DNA from: Mytilus trossulus | Lineage: Eukaryota | Direction: 5' to 3' | NCBI RefSeq assembly: GCF_036588685.1 | Contig: NC_086373.1 | Span: 110,918,001 to 110,982,000 of the forward strand | DNA length: 64,000 nucleotides | Shown here: positions 24,701 to 39,700 of the stretch, one piece after another | Numbering within the stretch: position 1 is the first letter of the stretch | How the letters are laid out: the number at the start of each line of letters is the position of its first letter | Notes under the pieces: model-generated | Database searches by the model: none | What the model was told of the DNA's origin: nothing | What the model saw: the letters and a program-made list of their open reading frames with translations, nothing else | Program-made: the position numbers and the translations under genes

Positions 24701-27700
24701 AAAACTAACATGGCGATACAATTAGCATCTTAATATCAACCTGTAAAACCCCGATACAGATGAAACCGGACGTTGACGCGTTCGAGTCGAGCACACCGTA
24801 TAGCACTGAGTTCAGACAGAAAGGAATTCATACTTTTAAAGACAATCCAATATGTATTCTTCGTATATTTTGCGCAAATATATTCTTTGCAATAATACTC
24901 ATGAGTTACTAAAAGGTTTTTCAAAAATGTGACATTTTGTTATACAAACATCAAAAAACGCACGACGATATCAATGATAAAACGTGCTTGGTATTTTTAA
25001 ACATTCAAAACTTAATGTTTCTCGTACCTCATAGTTTTTAAAACATACATTTTTGAAAACTTCATAGTATAAATTAACAAACTCATAAAGATCGTTTGTT
25101 TATGTTGTATCTAGAAACAAAAAAAATACACGTTTTAAAATGTCTCTATTTTCATGTTGTGTACGCTTCGTTGTCATTACACCTTTTTATACTGTACGCT
25201 TCGTTGACAAAATATTGCGTTTGTCAATGAATTTTGCATGTATTAGATTATGCTTTGATATGATTATAACCAATATGCATGTTTGAAAATAATAATTTAC
25301 CATCATAACATGCAGACAGCAACCCATAATGTCAGTTGTATTGTCGAAAAACAGTTGGAGGAAATTTTTACATTTAAAAAAATCCTCATGTATACAAAAG
25401 TGTGAATTGGTAGGAAAGTACAATAACTCAACAGATGCAACTATGACAAAGCATACAGATACACACGTCCGATTTCTAATTTCATAGCATATATGAAAGT
25501 GTTTACCATACAACAGTCAATGTACGGTTAGGTGGTGGGTTGGTCGCCCGCTAACATGTTTAATCCCACCATATTCTGTATGTGCCTGTCCAAAGCCAGG
25601 AGCCTGTAATTCAGTGGTTGTATATATTTTTTGGTTCACACGTTTGTGGAAACATTGAGCCGTTAGTTTTCTCGTATGCACTGACTACATTTGTTATTTC
25701 GGTGTGCTTAAGTTAAGTCTGCCAATTGATATTTTATTGTATGTTTTTCTATGTTGTGATGCTATGCTATTGCTTCAGAAAAAGGGAGAAGGTTTGGATC
25801 CATTAAAACGTTTAATCCCGCTGCAAATGTTTGCACCTGTCCTAAGTCAGGAATCTGATGTACAGTAGTTGTCGGTTGTTTATGTAATATATTCCCGTTT
25901 GAATGGTTTTACACTAGTAATTTTGGGGCCCTTTATAGCTTGTTGTTCAGTGTAAGCCAAGGCTCCGTGTTGAAGGCCGTACTTTAACCTATAATAGTTT
26001 ACTTTTTAAATTGTTATTTGGATGGAGAGTTGTCTCATTGGCACTCACACCACATCTTCCTATATCTATTAATAGCGGTGTGGGCTTTTTCATTGTTAAA
26101 GGCCGTACGGTGACCTATGGTTGTTCATTTTTGTTTCGTTTGGTTTCTTGCGAAGAGCTGTTTCAATACCGCATCTTCTATTTGATATAGAAAGTAATCA
26201 AATATAATCAATGGATTATAGGTTATGCCTTTTGTTCTGAATCTCAGAGGCGGGTCCAAGGGAGTCATAGATTACCATAGAGTTACATTAAGGCTCAAGA
26301 ATAGGTGTATGCAAGGAACATGTAACTGATAGCCATCAATAGTAATACAGTTACTTTAATGTGAAGATATAAAGATGAAGAGACAACTCTCAATATTAAC
26401 TGGTTTGCTTTCTTTAATTATGTTTTTGTGTTTGTTTAATTTTGATGGTATAAAGATTATGCTTAAATTCCTCGAACATTACAGTCTTTCTACTGTGATG
26501 CAAACATCTAAATGATTGGTCAGGTCGTTATTATAAACACCTTTAAAGTCTTTACTCACCCATATGCATTTCATTCAAATTTTGATTTATTTCACAGAAG
26601 ACCACAGGGACCATATTTATATTCCCAAGTTACCCTTGGCGTCATTGGTAAATTATGGGTTAGCAAAGCATCAATCACCAACCTAACCTTAGATATTTGC
26701 TGTGTTTATTCTTTACTGTTGGTACTTACCAATATGTGGACCCTTTTATATGTTTATGACACGCGTACGTAATGGCTGATTGTTGGTTGCTTAACGATCA
26801 CTTGCAAATATGCCATGCATGTTCCGGATAAGCACAAAGTAGCAACACATACATGTAAGTCCTGTGAGGAGACCCTCCGGAATTACGTCAGGGGCGTTTG
26901 GATTGCCACTGGATAAAATGATGTATATTTTATAAGAACACAAATGGTGCCTTTCAACAGGCTATATATAGACCTCTCTTGAAGTTTTTGCAGGGGTTCG
27001 TACTGTGTAGTTAGCGTGGTACTCTCTTTACACGAGACATTGGATTTTATATTCCAATTCGGACAGGACGTGACTATGTACTGTTACATCCCACACAACT
27101 AAATGGGTGGCCAACTTCAGTCAGTTTTTACTGCCGATCGGAAAAAGACCAAAGTGATCATAACTTATAGTATATCTCCCAGTTACCCTTCACCAAATTC
27201 TTTCATAAATAAAAAAAACCCAATTGGCCACAATATAGAAAGTTTTGCTCTACCTGTTAAATCAAAACATCACTTAACATTATTACAATTTATGCACACT
27301 TATGAGAACTCATAATACCGTACATCCTCTCGATACTGTTCATATTTGGCATTGCACAAGTTCGTGCGTTTTATTACGTCTTTACCTAAAAGCGTAGGAT
27401 ATACTGATTAAAACACTTTGGATACACGATTTACTTCTTAGTTGTAATTCGCTTTGAAATAACTATCAGTTACTACAATTACTCCTTTGTCGATATTTTA
27501 TGTATATGGTTTTTGTGCCTTGTACCGACATTTTGAGTTTAGCCAATTGCAACTGAACTTTTTTATCATGTTGTGCTGTTACACCAGTGTTCTATGTTAA
27601 GGAGAGGGTTGGGGGCTCACATATTTAATCCAGCCGCACTTTGTTTTGTCGGTCAAACGTCAGAATCCTGCAGTACATTGGTTATATAGATCTGTCATTT

Positions 27701-30700
27701 CATAAGTTATAAATTATTAACCGTAAGTTTAATCGTTTTTTTTCATATTTTTTTTTCATATCGGGGCCTTTTTTAGGCTACTGTATGGTATAGGTTTTCC
27801 TCATTGTTAAATGTTGTACATTCAATTTGGATTATAATAGTTTATACGCCAACTTCATTTAAACTTTGATGGACAGTTGTCTCACTGGCCATCACACCAC
27901 ATCTACAAAGCTCCGCATGTAAAAATAAAGTAATAAAAAAATTAAAGCAGTTGGAATGCCATCTATGGCATTCGGCAAATTAAGTTCAACGAGCTCCTTC
28001 ATGTATGTCTGCTTTCGTCCAGGCGAATTTGGACCAACATCGGCATTTGGAAGAGCCTCAAATTGTGAAAAGGAAGTCATTAAAGTTTTAATGACTGTAC
28101 TATACTTTTTGAAACTTTCTTTCCTCTGGAATATATTTATTAACTGTTCATTTCATCTAGAAAAACATTGAAAGTCTCAATTTTCAATAGAAACATTCCA
28201 AGCAGATGTACGCGAGTTACATATTTCCATTTTGGCTTTGTATGACAGATATTTTAAGTTCAACTACTTTGACTAAGTTAACAGATAAACATTTACAATA
28301 AAATACAGAAAAAAGGTCGCCGACACCATCTCGAAAACCTTGACAAGAAAGTGTTTGTCACGGTTTTTGTCAACGAACTGTACAGTGATTATTTCAAAAC
28401 GCACAACGAACGCGACATATTTGGTGGAACGAACAATACAGTCAGAGAAAGTTTATTTTGTATGATATTCCGTTTATTCTAAGTTCTAGGGCACATTTGA
28501 AGGCACGTAGTAATTCAATGTATAGTTTTTTAGTATTGCTTAAGGTATTTATACTCAAAGGTGTATGCAAGAAAAGATATTCAGCATTGTTTACATCGTA
28601 AACCGTATGAAATTGCACCATGTCTGTGCGTTTTGCATCTAGCAGTTTAATCAAACGTTTTATACAATATCTAAAACTTACAACAACTGTATAATTGAAT
28701 AAAGATACTAACATGCTCATTGACATATTTATATATACTCAAATAAGTTCTAGAGAGGCATTCAAAGTTATTGTCATCCCAAATGTTGTCCTGATTATCG
28801 CTCCGAACGCGTCAACGTCCGGATTCATTTGTATCGGGGTTATACGGGGTGAATATGGTTTAATTACCTTAGTACATGTGTGTTTTATAGGCATAAAGAA
28901 AGTCCTATTTTTTTCAACTCGTGCATTACTTATCGAGTGAATGCAAAAGGCACTGCGATTAAAGTTTCAAAGATTGTTGCAATTTTGAATGAATGTTTTT
29001 TTAGAATTTAATATTCTCTGACCTGTAGTGGTCTGTTTTATTTGTTTGCCTCAAGCAAGAGGTATGTCGTCATACCTCAGCACTATTCAGAAGAAGAATT
29101 TTATTCATTTCTTTTATTTTCATCCTTTTGTGATCTATATATATATTCAATGCAATATATCACACATTATTATAATAGAAATATTTCTAGTATAAGATTA
29201 AACAATTTCACTGATTTGATTGGCTGTTGTTACCTCATGTAGTTTTTCTTTAAGATTTAGGAAGAAAACCACATACCAAACAAGAAGCACCCTTATAAGT
29301 CTTTAGTACCCTCAGTTTAAATGTTGTATTAATGCAATGAAAAATCTTGTTTCAAAACTAAACTCTAAAACTTTGAAATTAATATAATTAAATTATTATA
29401 AAAAAATCCCTTGATTTGACTATCTCTATTTGATAAATCTGAGAATCATGTTATAATGTAACATGTTTTTTTTAAAATATATATTTATTTTATTGTGGAT
29501 TCTGTAATGTCACTTAAAAACATTTATTTTAGCAGTGCACATTCAAAAACTGTAGAGGTTATAAGGTCAAGAATGGTTCAGACTGAAAAAAGCAGTCGAG
29601 TACAGGTAGAGAATGGGTTCAGACTGATTCAAACTGGTTACGTCGAGTAATGTCTTGTAAAATTACGACCAATTTAAACAGGTCTATCAAAATTCAGTAC
29701 AGCCGAGTATAATCACCATGTTTTAAACAATCATAATAAGTTTCCATAGTTATCAAAAATGTTTTCATTGGCGCATATTTATCTTTTGCCAAAAAGATGT
29801 TTTGAAATTAAGCTACATACAGTCAGTCTACTTATTTATAAGGGGACTGCCATAATATCAGTAAATGTCGATCCCAAAATTATATATTCTTCAATATAAA
29901 AACACACAGCTTATAAGAAACAGAAAGCATCAGCTAAAATCACCTACTTTCAATGTATGCTAAAAAAAAATAAAAAAAATAGCCAAATACATATAAATAT
30001 CCCACATTGACAAACTTTGTTCTACACATGGTTCTAGAAATTCGCACTTCAAGTAATGTCAATTGGCGTATAAGAACAATTTAGTTTATATTTGGAAAAG
30101 AAAGTAAAACTTGTAAATATATAAGAATGATCCGAGTTATAAGTTTACAAGGTATAACACGTTTTCGGAAAGTCAGAAAAACTTATCTAAGTTAGACGTT
30201 TACAAAATAGCAGACGTTCTCGGAAAATCAAAAAGGAAGCTTAAAATAGAAAATAAATTTAACAGTCCTATTAATAAGTCCCCAAAAAACTTTGCGTTTA
30301 TCTGAGTCACGATAGACGGAACAAGGTATCAAATTTCAATCGATTTTAAAAGATCGTTTAAGAGACTAACAGTTGAAATACTTTAAAATTATAATTAAAC
30401 ATACCATCATAATATTTGTTCACAAAATTGCCGAGGTCTAGCGATAACAGAAAACGATTTGGGTTATTTTCTTGGTTTTCACAACTAAAACATGAAATTT
30501 CAATGGCCCACAAAAAACTCATTAGACAAAAGAAATGATTTAACAAATAAAAAACCAATTGTTCTAAAAACAATTAAAAGTTTTTCAACTGAAAATATCT
30601 ATTTGATACAAACGTTATAAGAGTTGTTTTAATATGTCATTTCCAGGGTCAAATGATAGCTTATTTTACGCTTATCTAAAAAAAAAATATGATTTCTAAT

Positions 30701-33700
30701 TATTTATTTTTAAATAATTGAGATAATTTGATACTTCCTGTTTGAACATTGACACTTCCGGTTTAATTTGATAATTTACTTGACACTGATTAAAAAAACA
30801 TAATGGTTTTATATACTTGTACATAACACAAATGCACAAAATAGATACTTCCGGTTTACACAAGGTCACTTCTGTTTGCCTTTCTTTTTCATATGGTTTG
30901 CAACCTAATGCAAAAATGCCCAATGCTTTACCTATATAGAATTGAAATAAAAGCAACGGTCATTATATAGAACGCAAATTTACGTGTAACGACCTGTTAG
31001 AAGTAATATTTAAGCAAAAATATAATGCCGGTATCTTATATCTTTGTCAAGACGTGAAATAAGCCAAAATCTAAATTTACATTTTCACATTGTCCATAAT
31101 CAAATGTCAAAATCAAACGATAAAACACATCAAACGAATAGACAACAACTGTCATATTCCTGACGTGGTACAGTCATTTTTAAATGTAGAAAATGGTTAT
31201 TGAACCTGTTTTTGAAGCGATAAACCTCTCACTTATATGACAGTCGCATCAAATTCCATTATATTTACAACAATTCGTAGGTCTCTATCACTTATGGTTA
31301 AGCAGTTAGATATGAATTGTAATTATATCAAATGCATCAGGGGGAATTACTCTCAAATGTAGTCTCCAGATAGCTCAATTAAACGTAACATCCTGAAGAT
31401 ATAATTTTAGAATAATACATTTGTCGCTTTTTATAACGGTTGCGAATGAGATTTCATAACAAGAAAGACCGTGTCCTAGGAGATAACCCTTACACAGAAA
31501 AGTGTTCTGTTTAACAGGGTGATCCGTTTCTCAAAAAAGTATAGACTGTATGATATTATATAAAAAAAAAAACACAGAGACATCTTTTGAAACAAAAATA
31601 CAACGCACGAGACAAAATTTTGCAAAAGAATATAAAATCAGAACAAAATTAAAAGATCTTTCCACGGAACAGTTGAAAGACCTAAAAAACTATCAATTCA
31701 GTTAATTCCATCGAATACATCTTCATAGCTTAGGTAGAACACTGCAAAGGGATATATATTTCTTGATTAACAAATCACTTGATTTTAAATAAATTAACGA
31801 ATTTTGTGATGAAGAAGGGAGAATAATTATCATTAATATAAGATCTTTATTTTTAAACTTTTATACACCGACTGAAGTTCATGCAAAAAAACAATTCTAT
31901 AAAAAAATAAGGTATTTCATTATTTGAGGAATACACTCTTGCTGCTTTAACAGTAGGGGGAGATTTAATTCACGGATCACCTAGCCATTTCGCTTAAATG
32001 ACATTCACGCAAACAATCGTGGTGATTGTAATTTACAAAATAAACATTGTTTTCTTTGATTTATGGATACATTTATATATCAGAAAAGAGAACTTAATAT
32101 GTTAATATGATATGTGTCCTAAACAAAAAATGAAAATCTGAAAAAAAAATGATTCTAGGTAAAATTTCTAGACAAGTATCTCCCCCTGAAAAGGATAACT
32201 ATTACAGGTGATCTCAGGGGGGGGGGGAATACATTTCTTTGCAACACACTTAAACGCATGCTGTACCAATGAACAATGACTATGCATTTTATGTATAAAA
32301 TATATATTTAAACCTTATAAAATCTTCCTATATTTGTGTCCGCAATATTGGGATGATCGTAACTGCAGTTACGATCATCACGTGGACGCCAGTGATACGT
32401 TTATTAATTAAAAAAAATGGTTTTCTTATGATTTGTAATACCATGTGTTTTTCATATAATTCCAAAAAATGCTGACCAACAACATGTGCATACAAATCTT
32501 GCAATTGTTCCCCCTGCATATATATACACTCTTTATAATGGATCTGAAGGTATGTGTGAATAAAAATTGAAAGCTGTGATCAATATCAACAGAATATTAC
32601 TCACCTTTGTTCTGACTAGCAAAAAAATTCATAATGGAATAATAAAATATTGACCTAACACTTAGCTGAAGATGTGATAGAGCAGATTGCGCCGACGAAA
32701 AATCATATGATAAAGAGAATGTATTCCTAGTGTTTAATGTAGACTACTAATTTTAAATATACTTCATATCATGAGTCTAATTTGAAATCAGGATGAGGTG
32801 TTTTAACACTCAAGACATTATGATGTTTTAACAGTTTTACTGAACCTTGAAATATTCAAAATGAATGTCATTTGTTTGTTAATCAAATACACAAGACAAG
32901 TATATATGTAGGACTTTAAAGTACGATCGGGACGCTAAAGTAAGATGGTCAATCTAAAGTACGATGGTCTGCGCTAAAGTGCGATGCCTTCATACGCTAA
33001 AGTGCGATGGGCCACGAAAGTAAAGAGTACAAAACTTAGTTGAATTATGACGTTAACAGTCCTTTATACAAACCATAAATGTGCATGCAGGAATATATAT
33101 CATGAACAACTAATAAACCAAGCAGTCGGGAAGAAAGTGCCAATGACTTAATTGATTTAAATCTAACCGTGCTTTGTCGGCTGAAGCAAATGCGAGTGTT
33201 TTTTTGTTTCGGATGTTGGACGGAGGACTTGTATCTGCAGCTTACTGTATAGATACAAAATAGTATAAGCATATCTGGTATCTTGCTTTTATTGAAAGCG
33301 AACGGATACATTTAAATCATTTCAAAGTTAATTTAAGTTTTGTAAATTACTACTTGATACGAAAATGGAGAAAACTCGGACAACATCTTCTTTTTCTCGC
33401 ATTTTAATTAAAGCTTATACAAATAAATGTTACACATTTCGAAAATGAAAGAACTTTGTCTTTGCCATTCACAATAAAAACTGTATCGGGAGGTGTTCTT
33501 TTATTTGGTAAACTATGAGAATGTGAAGCTACACCAACGATCCGAATTGTTAAAAACTTATTTCCAGGAAATATAGCATTTGGTGACAACTTTTAATTAC
33601 CGTTTCAACAATAAACACGTGGTCGGTCTTATAAATTTATAAACAATCACTCAAGCCTATCACATATTTATACTTTAGCTTACTAGCTTTTGCAAAAGAA

Positions 33701-36700
33701 CATGTTAACATCAATGCACATTCAAGTTTAATCGTACCATTTTGGTGTATCGCAATTTAGCGTAATACGCCATCGTACTTTAGCAAAAACAATCATCGCA
33801 CTTTAGCGTAGACCATCGCACTTTAGAGTACCATAGCACTTTAGAGTCCTACATATATATTTTCGTCTTTTTTAAAATTATATCCACATATTGATATATT
33901 GTATATTTGTAGCTCCTGATATTCCAATAATCACTGGTCCGACGTTTATACTTGATGGTAACTCTGTAACGTTAACATGTACATCAACAGGTGGCAATCC
34001 TGCACCCACAGTATATTGGTACCGTGTAAATAAGTTGTTAGATAATTCATACAACACTACTAATGGAGTTACAACAAACACATATAACTTTGTTGCCAAC
34101 GGAAGTCATCACATTGCTGTATTTGAATGTCGGGTTAATAGTCCAGATTTAGAGAGTTATCTGAGCGCAACATGGTACTTCCAAGTTTACAGTATGTACC
34201 CTTATCTGCCAGAGAAAACATGAACTTAATCACAATTTCTTAAGCACTTTTAAAAAAAAGTAGATTCATACAACAAAGTTGATCATACAAACGTATACTG
34301 ATATATTAAGATAAGGCATTTTCATATGAATGGCAACCAAAGTCAATATATTTAAAATTCGAATTAACAAATTCCTTGTACCAGAATGAAGTAAAGCAGG
34401 ATATTCACAAACACCATATTTTCATACACACACTGTTATTCAAGAAAAAACGTATGTTATCATAACAAAAACTATGTTATCCAGCACATTATTTATGTAT
34501 GTTCCTGTCCCAAGTCAGAAGCATGACATTCAGTGGTTGTCCTTTGTTTATGTGTTACATATTTTTTTTTCGTTCATTTTTTTTTATATAAATAAGGCCG
34601 TTAGTTTTCTCGCTTGAATTGTTTTACATTGTCATAGCAGTGCCTTTTATATCTGACTATGAGGTATGAGCTTTGCTTATTGTTGAAGGCCGTACGGTGA
34701 CCTATAGTTGTTCATGATTGTGTCATTTTGGTCTCTTGTGGACAGTTGTCTCATTGGCAATCATACCAAAACTTCTTTTTTATATTTCGACAGAAACTAT
34801 GTTATTTCAACATAAATTATATTATTTCAAAAGAAACTGTGATATAATGTAATAAACTATGTTATCGCAACAACATATGTGTATGTCAATAATTAGACAA
34901 AACATTAAGTGCTATTTTGAAATACTTTAAAATTGAATATAACATGATGCGTTTAACTTCTTGTAGTCGAACCAAATCAACCGACGTTGACTGGATCTCA
35001 ATCTCTTTTAACTGGCACTACATATCAATGGACGTGTATAAGCACAGGAGGGAATCCTTCGCCAACAATTACTATGAGGATCGGCAACAGTCAATTCAGT
35101 ACTGGTATCACACAATCGTCAGTAATACAGTCAGATAATACCCATACTGTTACCTCATCACTGTCATGGACACCAAGTATCAGTAACAATGGTCAGACAC
35201 TTTATTGTGATGTACAACATCATGAAACACGGGGAAATAGCCTCCAGACAGTCAGTCTTCAATTAACAGTTATTGGTATGCTAACATATAAAGCAGTATA
35301 TGACTGTTCAATGTCATGACTCGGTTGACTGAAACAAATACTTGTCACTTAACAAAACTGAGGAAAACACATCAACTATGAGAGGAAAACAACAGAACAA
35401 AATCTCACTAAAAAAAAGAATCATAACTTAATACTACAGACGCGCGTTTCTTCTACATAGACTCATCAGTGACGCTCAGATAAAAAAAAATTATAAAGCC
35501 AAACAAAAACAAAGATAAAGAGCATTGATGACCCAAAATTACAAAAGGTTGTGCCAAATAAGGCTGAGGTAATCTATTCCTGAGATACAAAAATCCTTTT
35601 TTTCTCTCGAAAAATTCAAAGTTTTGTAAACAGGACATTTATAAAAAGAACCATGTAATTGATATTCATGCAAACACCGAAGAGCTGACTTTTGGGATGG
35701 TGATACCCTCGTTCTTTAGCAGTGGCATCCCAGTGGTGTAAAAAGTTATCAAAGGTACCAGGATTTTAATTTATTACGCCAGACGCGCGTTTTCAATACA
35801 TAATACTCATCAGTTACGCTCAGATCAAAAAGATATAAAGTCAAACAAGTAAACTTGACAAAGCCAATATAAAAAGAAACCGATAATTTTATACAAAATA
35901 CTATAATTCTGACTTTTTATAGGTCATTTTAAGACAAACGTTTTTTTCACCTGGTTTTATTCCTACCCAAACCTTCTGCTTACATTTCAATGTTATACAT
36001 ATCTTCAAAATGACAACATTACGGGACAGGAATACAACACAATGCAAGTACATTAAAAACGGAGAAATACATAAATAATAATACAATAGTAAATGTAATA
36101 ACGTCAACAGTAGTATACCGCTTTCCGAGACTCATAAATCAATAGATGAAAAACAAATCCAAGTTACAAACTGAAACTGAGGCAAACGCAAACTGAGGAG
36201 AAAAACGACACAACAGAACCACAACATTAAAATGTAATACACACACAAACTAACAATAATATAACAATGGCCATTTTCCTGACTTGGTGCTGGACATTTT
36301 AAGAACAAAATGGTTAGTTGAACCTGGTTTGTGGCATGCCAAACCGCCCGCTTTTATGGCAATGTTAAATATAACATTAAACTGACATTAACAAATAAAT
36401 GGTAGAAACTATAGGATAGAGAAACACACGAATATAAGCTAACAAAATGTACCTCGTTTAAAATTTAATAGGACAGACGTGCGTTTTGTCCACACAATAC
36501 AAACCAGTGACAATCGAAAGCCAACACAGGTAAAAGTTGAAGAGAAATGAGGAATAAAAGTTCTAAAAAGTTGTGCCAAATATCGCTAGGGTTTGCTGCC
36601 TGGGATAAGAAAATTCTTATTATTTAGAATAATTCATACTTTAGCAAACAGTAAATTTTATGAAAAAAATACTGTATAATAGATATACATGATAAAACTG

Positions 36701-39700
36701 AAGTGGTGACTAACTACAGTACAACAATGGACACATTACATAAACAACCTAATCCAGCACATAAAATTACACAGCCGAGTTAGCCAAAGCCTCAACGCAC
36801 AATGTGACGTCACATTTGAAATTCTACAAAAACACACTTTTGTATTTGTAAAAAGATTTCCCAAAAATTAGATAGAATTAGGACTGATTTAAGATTAGAT
36901 TTGTTTAACTGATTTTATATTTATAAATGACAACGAAAATTACAATACTTATTAATATCAAATTGTGGTAGTAATTAGATTATTAATTGTATTATCTAGC
37001 TATCTTGATGTTTCTTCTGAATCAAACTGTAAACCAAATATATCGTATAAATTTCGTTTAACCACACGATAACAGCGAACACACTTAAATTTATTTATGA
37101 CAGCACAATATAATTTTAAACACACGTACAGTGTGCACGTGTATGAGCATAATGTATCCACTGAATGAAGCACATGTAATTGATCACCATACAACGGCGC
37201 ATACGGTATGTTACTGCTAAACGGGACATTGATAATGGGGCAGTTGAAATTGTCCGGTTTACTATCTTTGTCAATTTTGGCGAAGAGATCAAAGTATAAA
37301 GCAGCCTTTCTACTATCAGTATATAATTACTGGCTGAAATATGGGTTATTCAGTGAAAGCACATCCTCAATATATCAGCTGGATGTAAATAAATTTATAA
37401 AGGAATGTTTTAGTTTGATTATTAGACTCTATCGATGAATGTTGACGACCACTATCGTATCTCATAATTTAAATGTTACTGTCATTTCCAAATCCTTTTT
37501 CTCGGTGAATGATTTTTTGAATTCGCATTGAATGATGTTCCTACCATTTAATAATCTGACAAAAAATAAGGCTAGACTTTATATTTAACGGATAGAATGG
37601 AAACAAGTGCTAAATTCAATATTTCTTTTGTTATTTGCAGACCCGTTATCAGTGAATGCCCCTCAAACACTGTATCAAAATAATGTTGGCACTCTTGTTG
37701 TCTTGACCTGCCAAGTTATCGGAACAGCAACATATATCTCTTGGTACTTTAACAATCAAGTGCTTAATATTGCTTCTTCTTCGAAATATTCCAACGGCAA
37801 TACCATCAACCCATCATTGACTATATCAAACGTGGCTTTGGCTGATGGGGGACAATATTACTGTCAGGCAACCAATGGATTAACCACAGCCAACTCCAAT
37901 ACTATAACATTAACAGTTCTAGGTAATTCTTTATATTTTAATCTAACCAGTTTATTGATATCTTTGAGTTTAGAATATTTCGATATTGTTTTTAAAAAAG
38001 ACTAATCGCTTGACTATCAAATACACAAAAACTCATATTATTAACGTTACGAAAGACTAATAAATTGTTCTAATTGTGGTTTCGAAAGGTCAATTACCCA
38101 TTCTGTAAATCTTTTATTTTTCATTTTGCTTCAGAATGTTGTATATCTGTGTTTACAAAATGAATTTATTATTACATTAACGTCCAATTGTATATTGAAC
38201 CTTTATTATGTTGTCATTTATCTTATTAATATTGTCAACCATCTTTCCATTAAAGCACGCATACCAGTAGTAACAGTTTCTCAGCCGACCTACTCAGAAA
38301 CTACCGGACAGTCTGTTACCTTACAATGTACAGTCTCCTCACCAGATAGCACTCTTCAGTCTGTATCGTGGATTTTTAATAACGGTGCATCTTCCAATAT
38401 AATAACACAATTCAGCAATACAACAAAATATAGAGGAATAACAACTATCGTGCCGTCTCTCACCATATTGAATCTATCATCAACAGATATCGGAACATAT
38501 ACATGCACAGCAACAAACGCTATAGGAACAGGACGTAGCAGTGTAACCACACTCAGTGTTACAGGAAGTAAGTGATGTAGAGGCTCGATAACAGGCTTCT
38601 TTTATATGAGTATAAATGCATACTGTGTGAAAAAAATACTTCTTAGGTAAATTATTGCATAATGAAAAAAATGTATGTTTTTGCAATCAACTTAAGCTTT
38701 TATAACTTGCTTAGAACAGTGGCAATTATTTCATGCAAATCGAGGACGTAAAGACTTTAGCCTCAATCAGTTGAAGAGGATGTTTATAGATAAGTCTAGT
38801 AAGATATGGTGCATTGATTTGAAATGAGTGATCAACTGGAATTCAGAAGCTGCAAATTTTGTTAGATTCATAATTTCTGTCTTCTAGTTTCTATTAATGT
38901 TTGTGTGTTCTTCGCGTCAATGGAAAAACATAATAATAAGAACTTGTAAAGCTGAACAAAAAGAAGTAATGCAATGAGTAATAAGTTTACGATCGAATTT
39001 CCTCTTTTCTTGTTGTTCACCGAATATTAATGTCGAATATATTAAAAAAAAAAAAAAACATAGTTCCAGAAAAGATTAAATTTTTCAAATATTACACATT
39101 TATATTTTCTAGACACCCTTCATTCTTTATGATTGTTCAACTTGGATTGATATATCAGTAGGGGGATGGAAATAATATAGATTTTGCTTTTTCAGGTATA
39201 CCAACTGTTAATATTCAACAGTCGTCATATAATATAAACTATGGTAGTTCTATTGTCGTTGTATGTTCCGTCACAGCAAATCCAACTCATACAACAGTAT
39301 ACTGGCGAAAGATAAAGAATGGCGTTACCACAGATTTAAATGTAGTTAACAGTAACAACAAGTACAGTGGTTCAACAGTCAGTAACCCGTCTCTACAGAT
39401 AAATAACGTGGATTTTAATGACGAAGCCTATTATGTTTGCTTAGCTTCCAATAGTGTTGGTTCAGGACAAAGTTCGCAAACTTTCCTAGATGTCATTGGA
39501 AGTAAATTACATATTTAGGCATTAATGAACTAATATTTTTTTGTGTCTCGTCCTTTTTCTAAAAAAGTTCATCGGAAGGTACCAAGACCTTGTTGATAAA
39601 TATTCCGTATCAACTTCTCAAATAATACACGATGGTCTTGATGTAAAGATTCTGCGTACTGATGTTGTTTATCATCTTAACAACATGTTTTACTGTTCTT

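Noticed and set aside
26609-26700. Candidate exon after tttatttcacag in intron 1
   Set aside because: The phase 1 frame hits TAA after ~29 codons and has no Ig motifs
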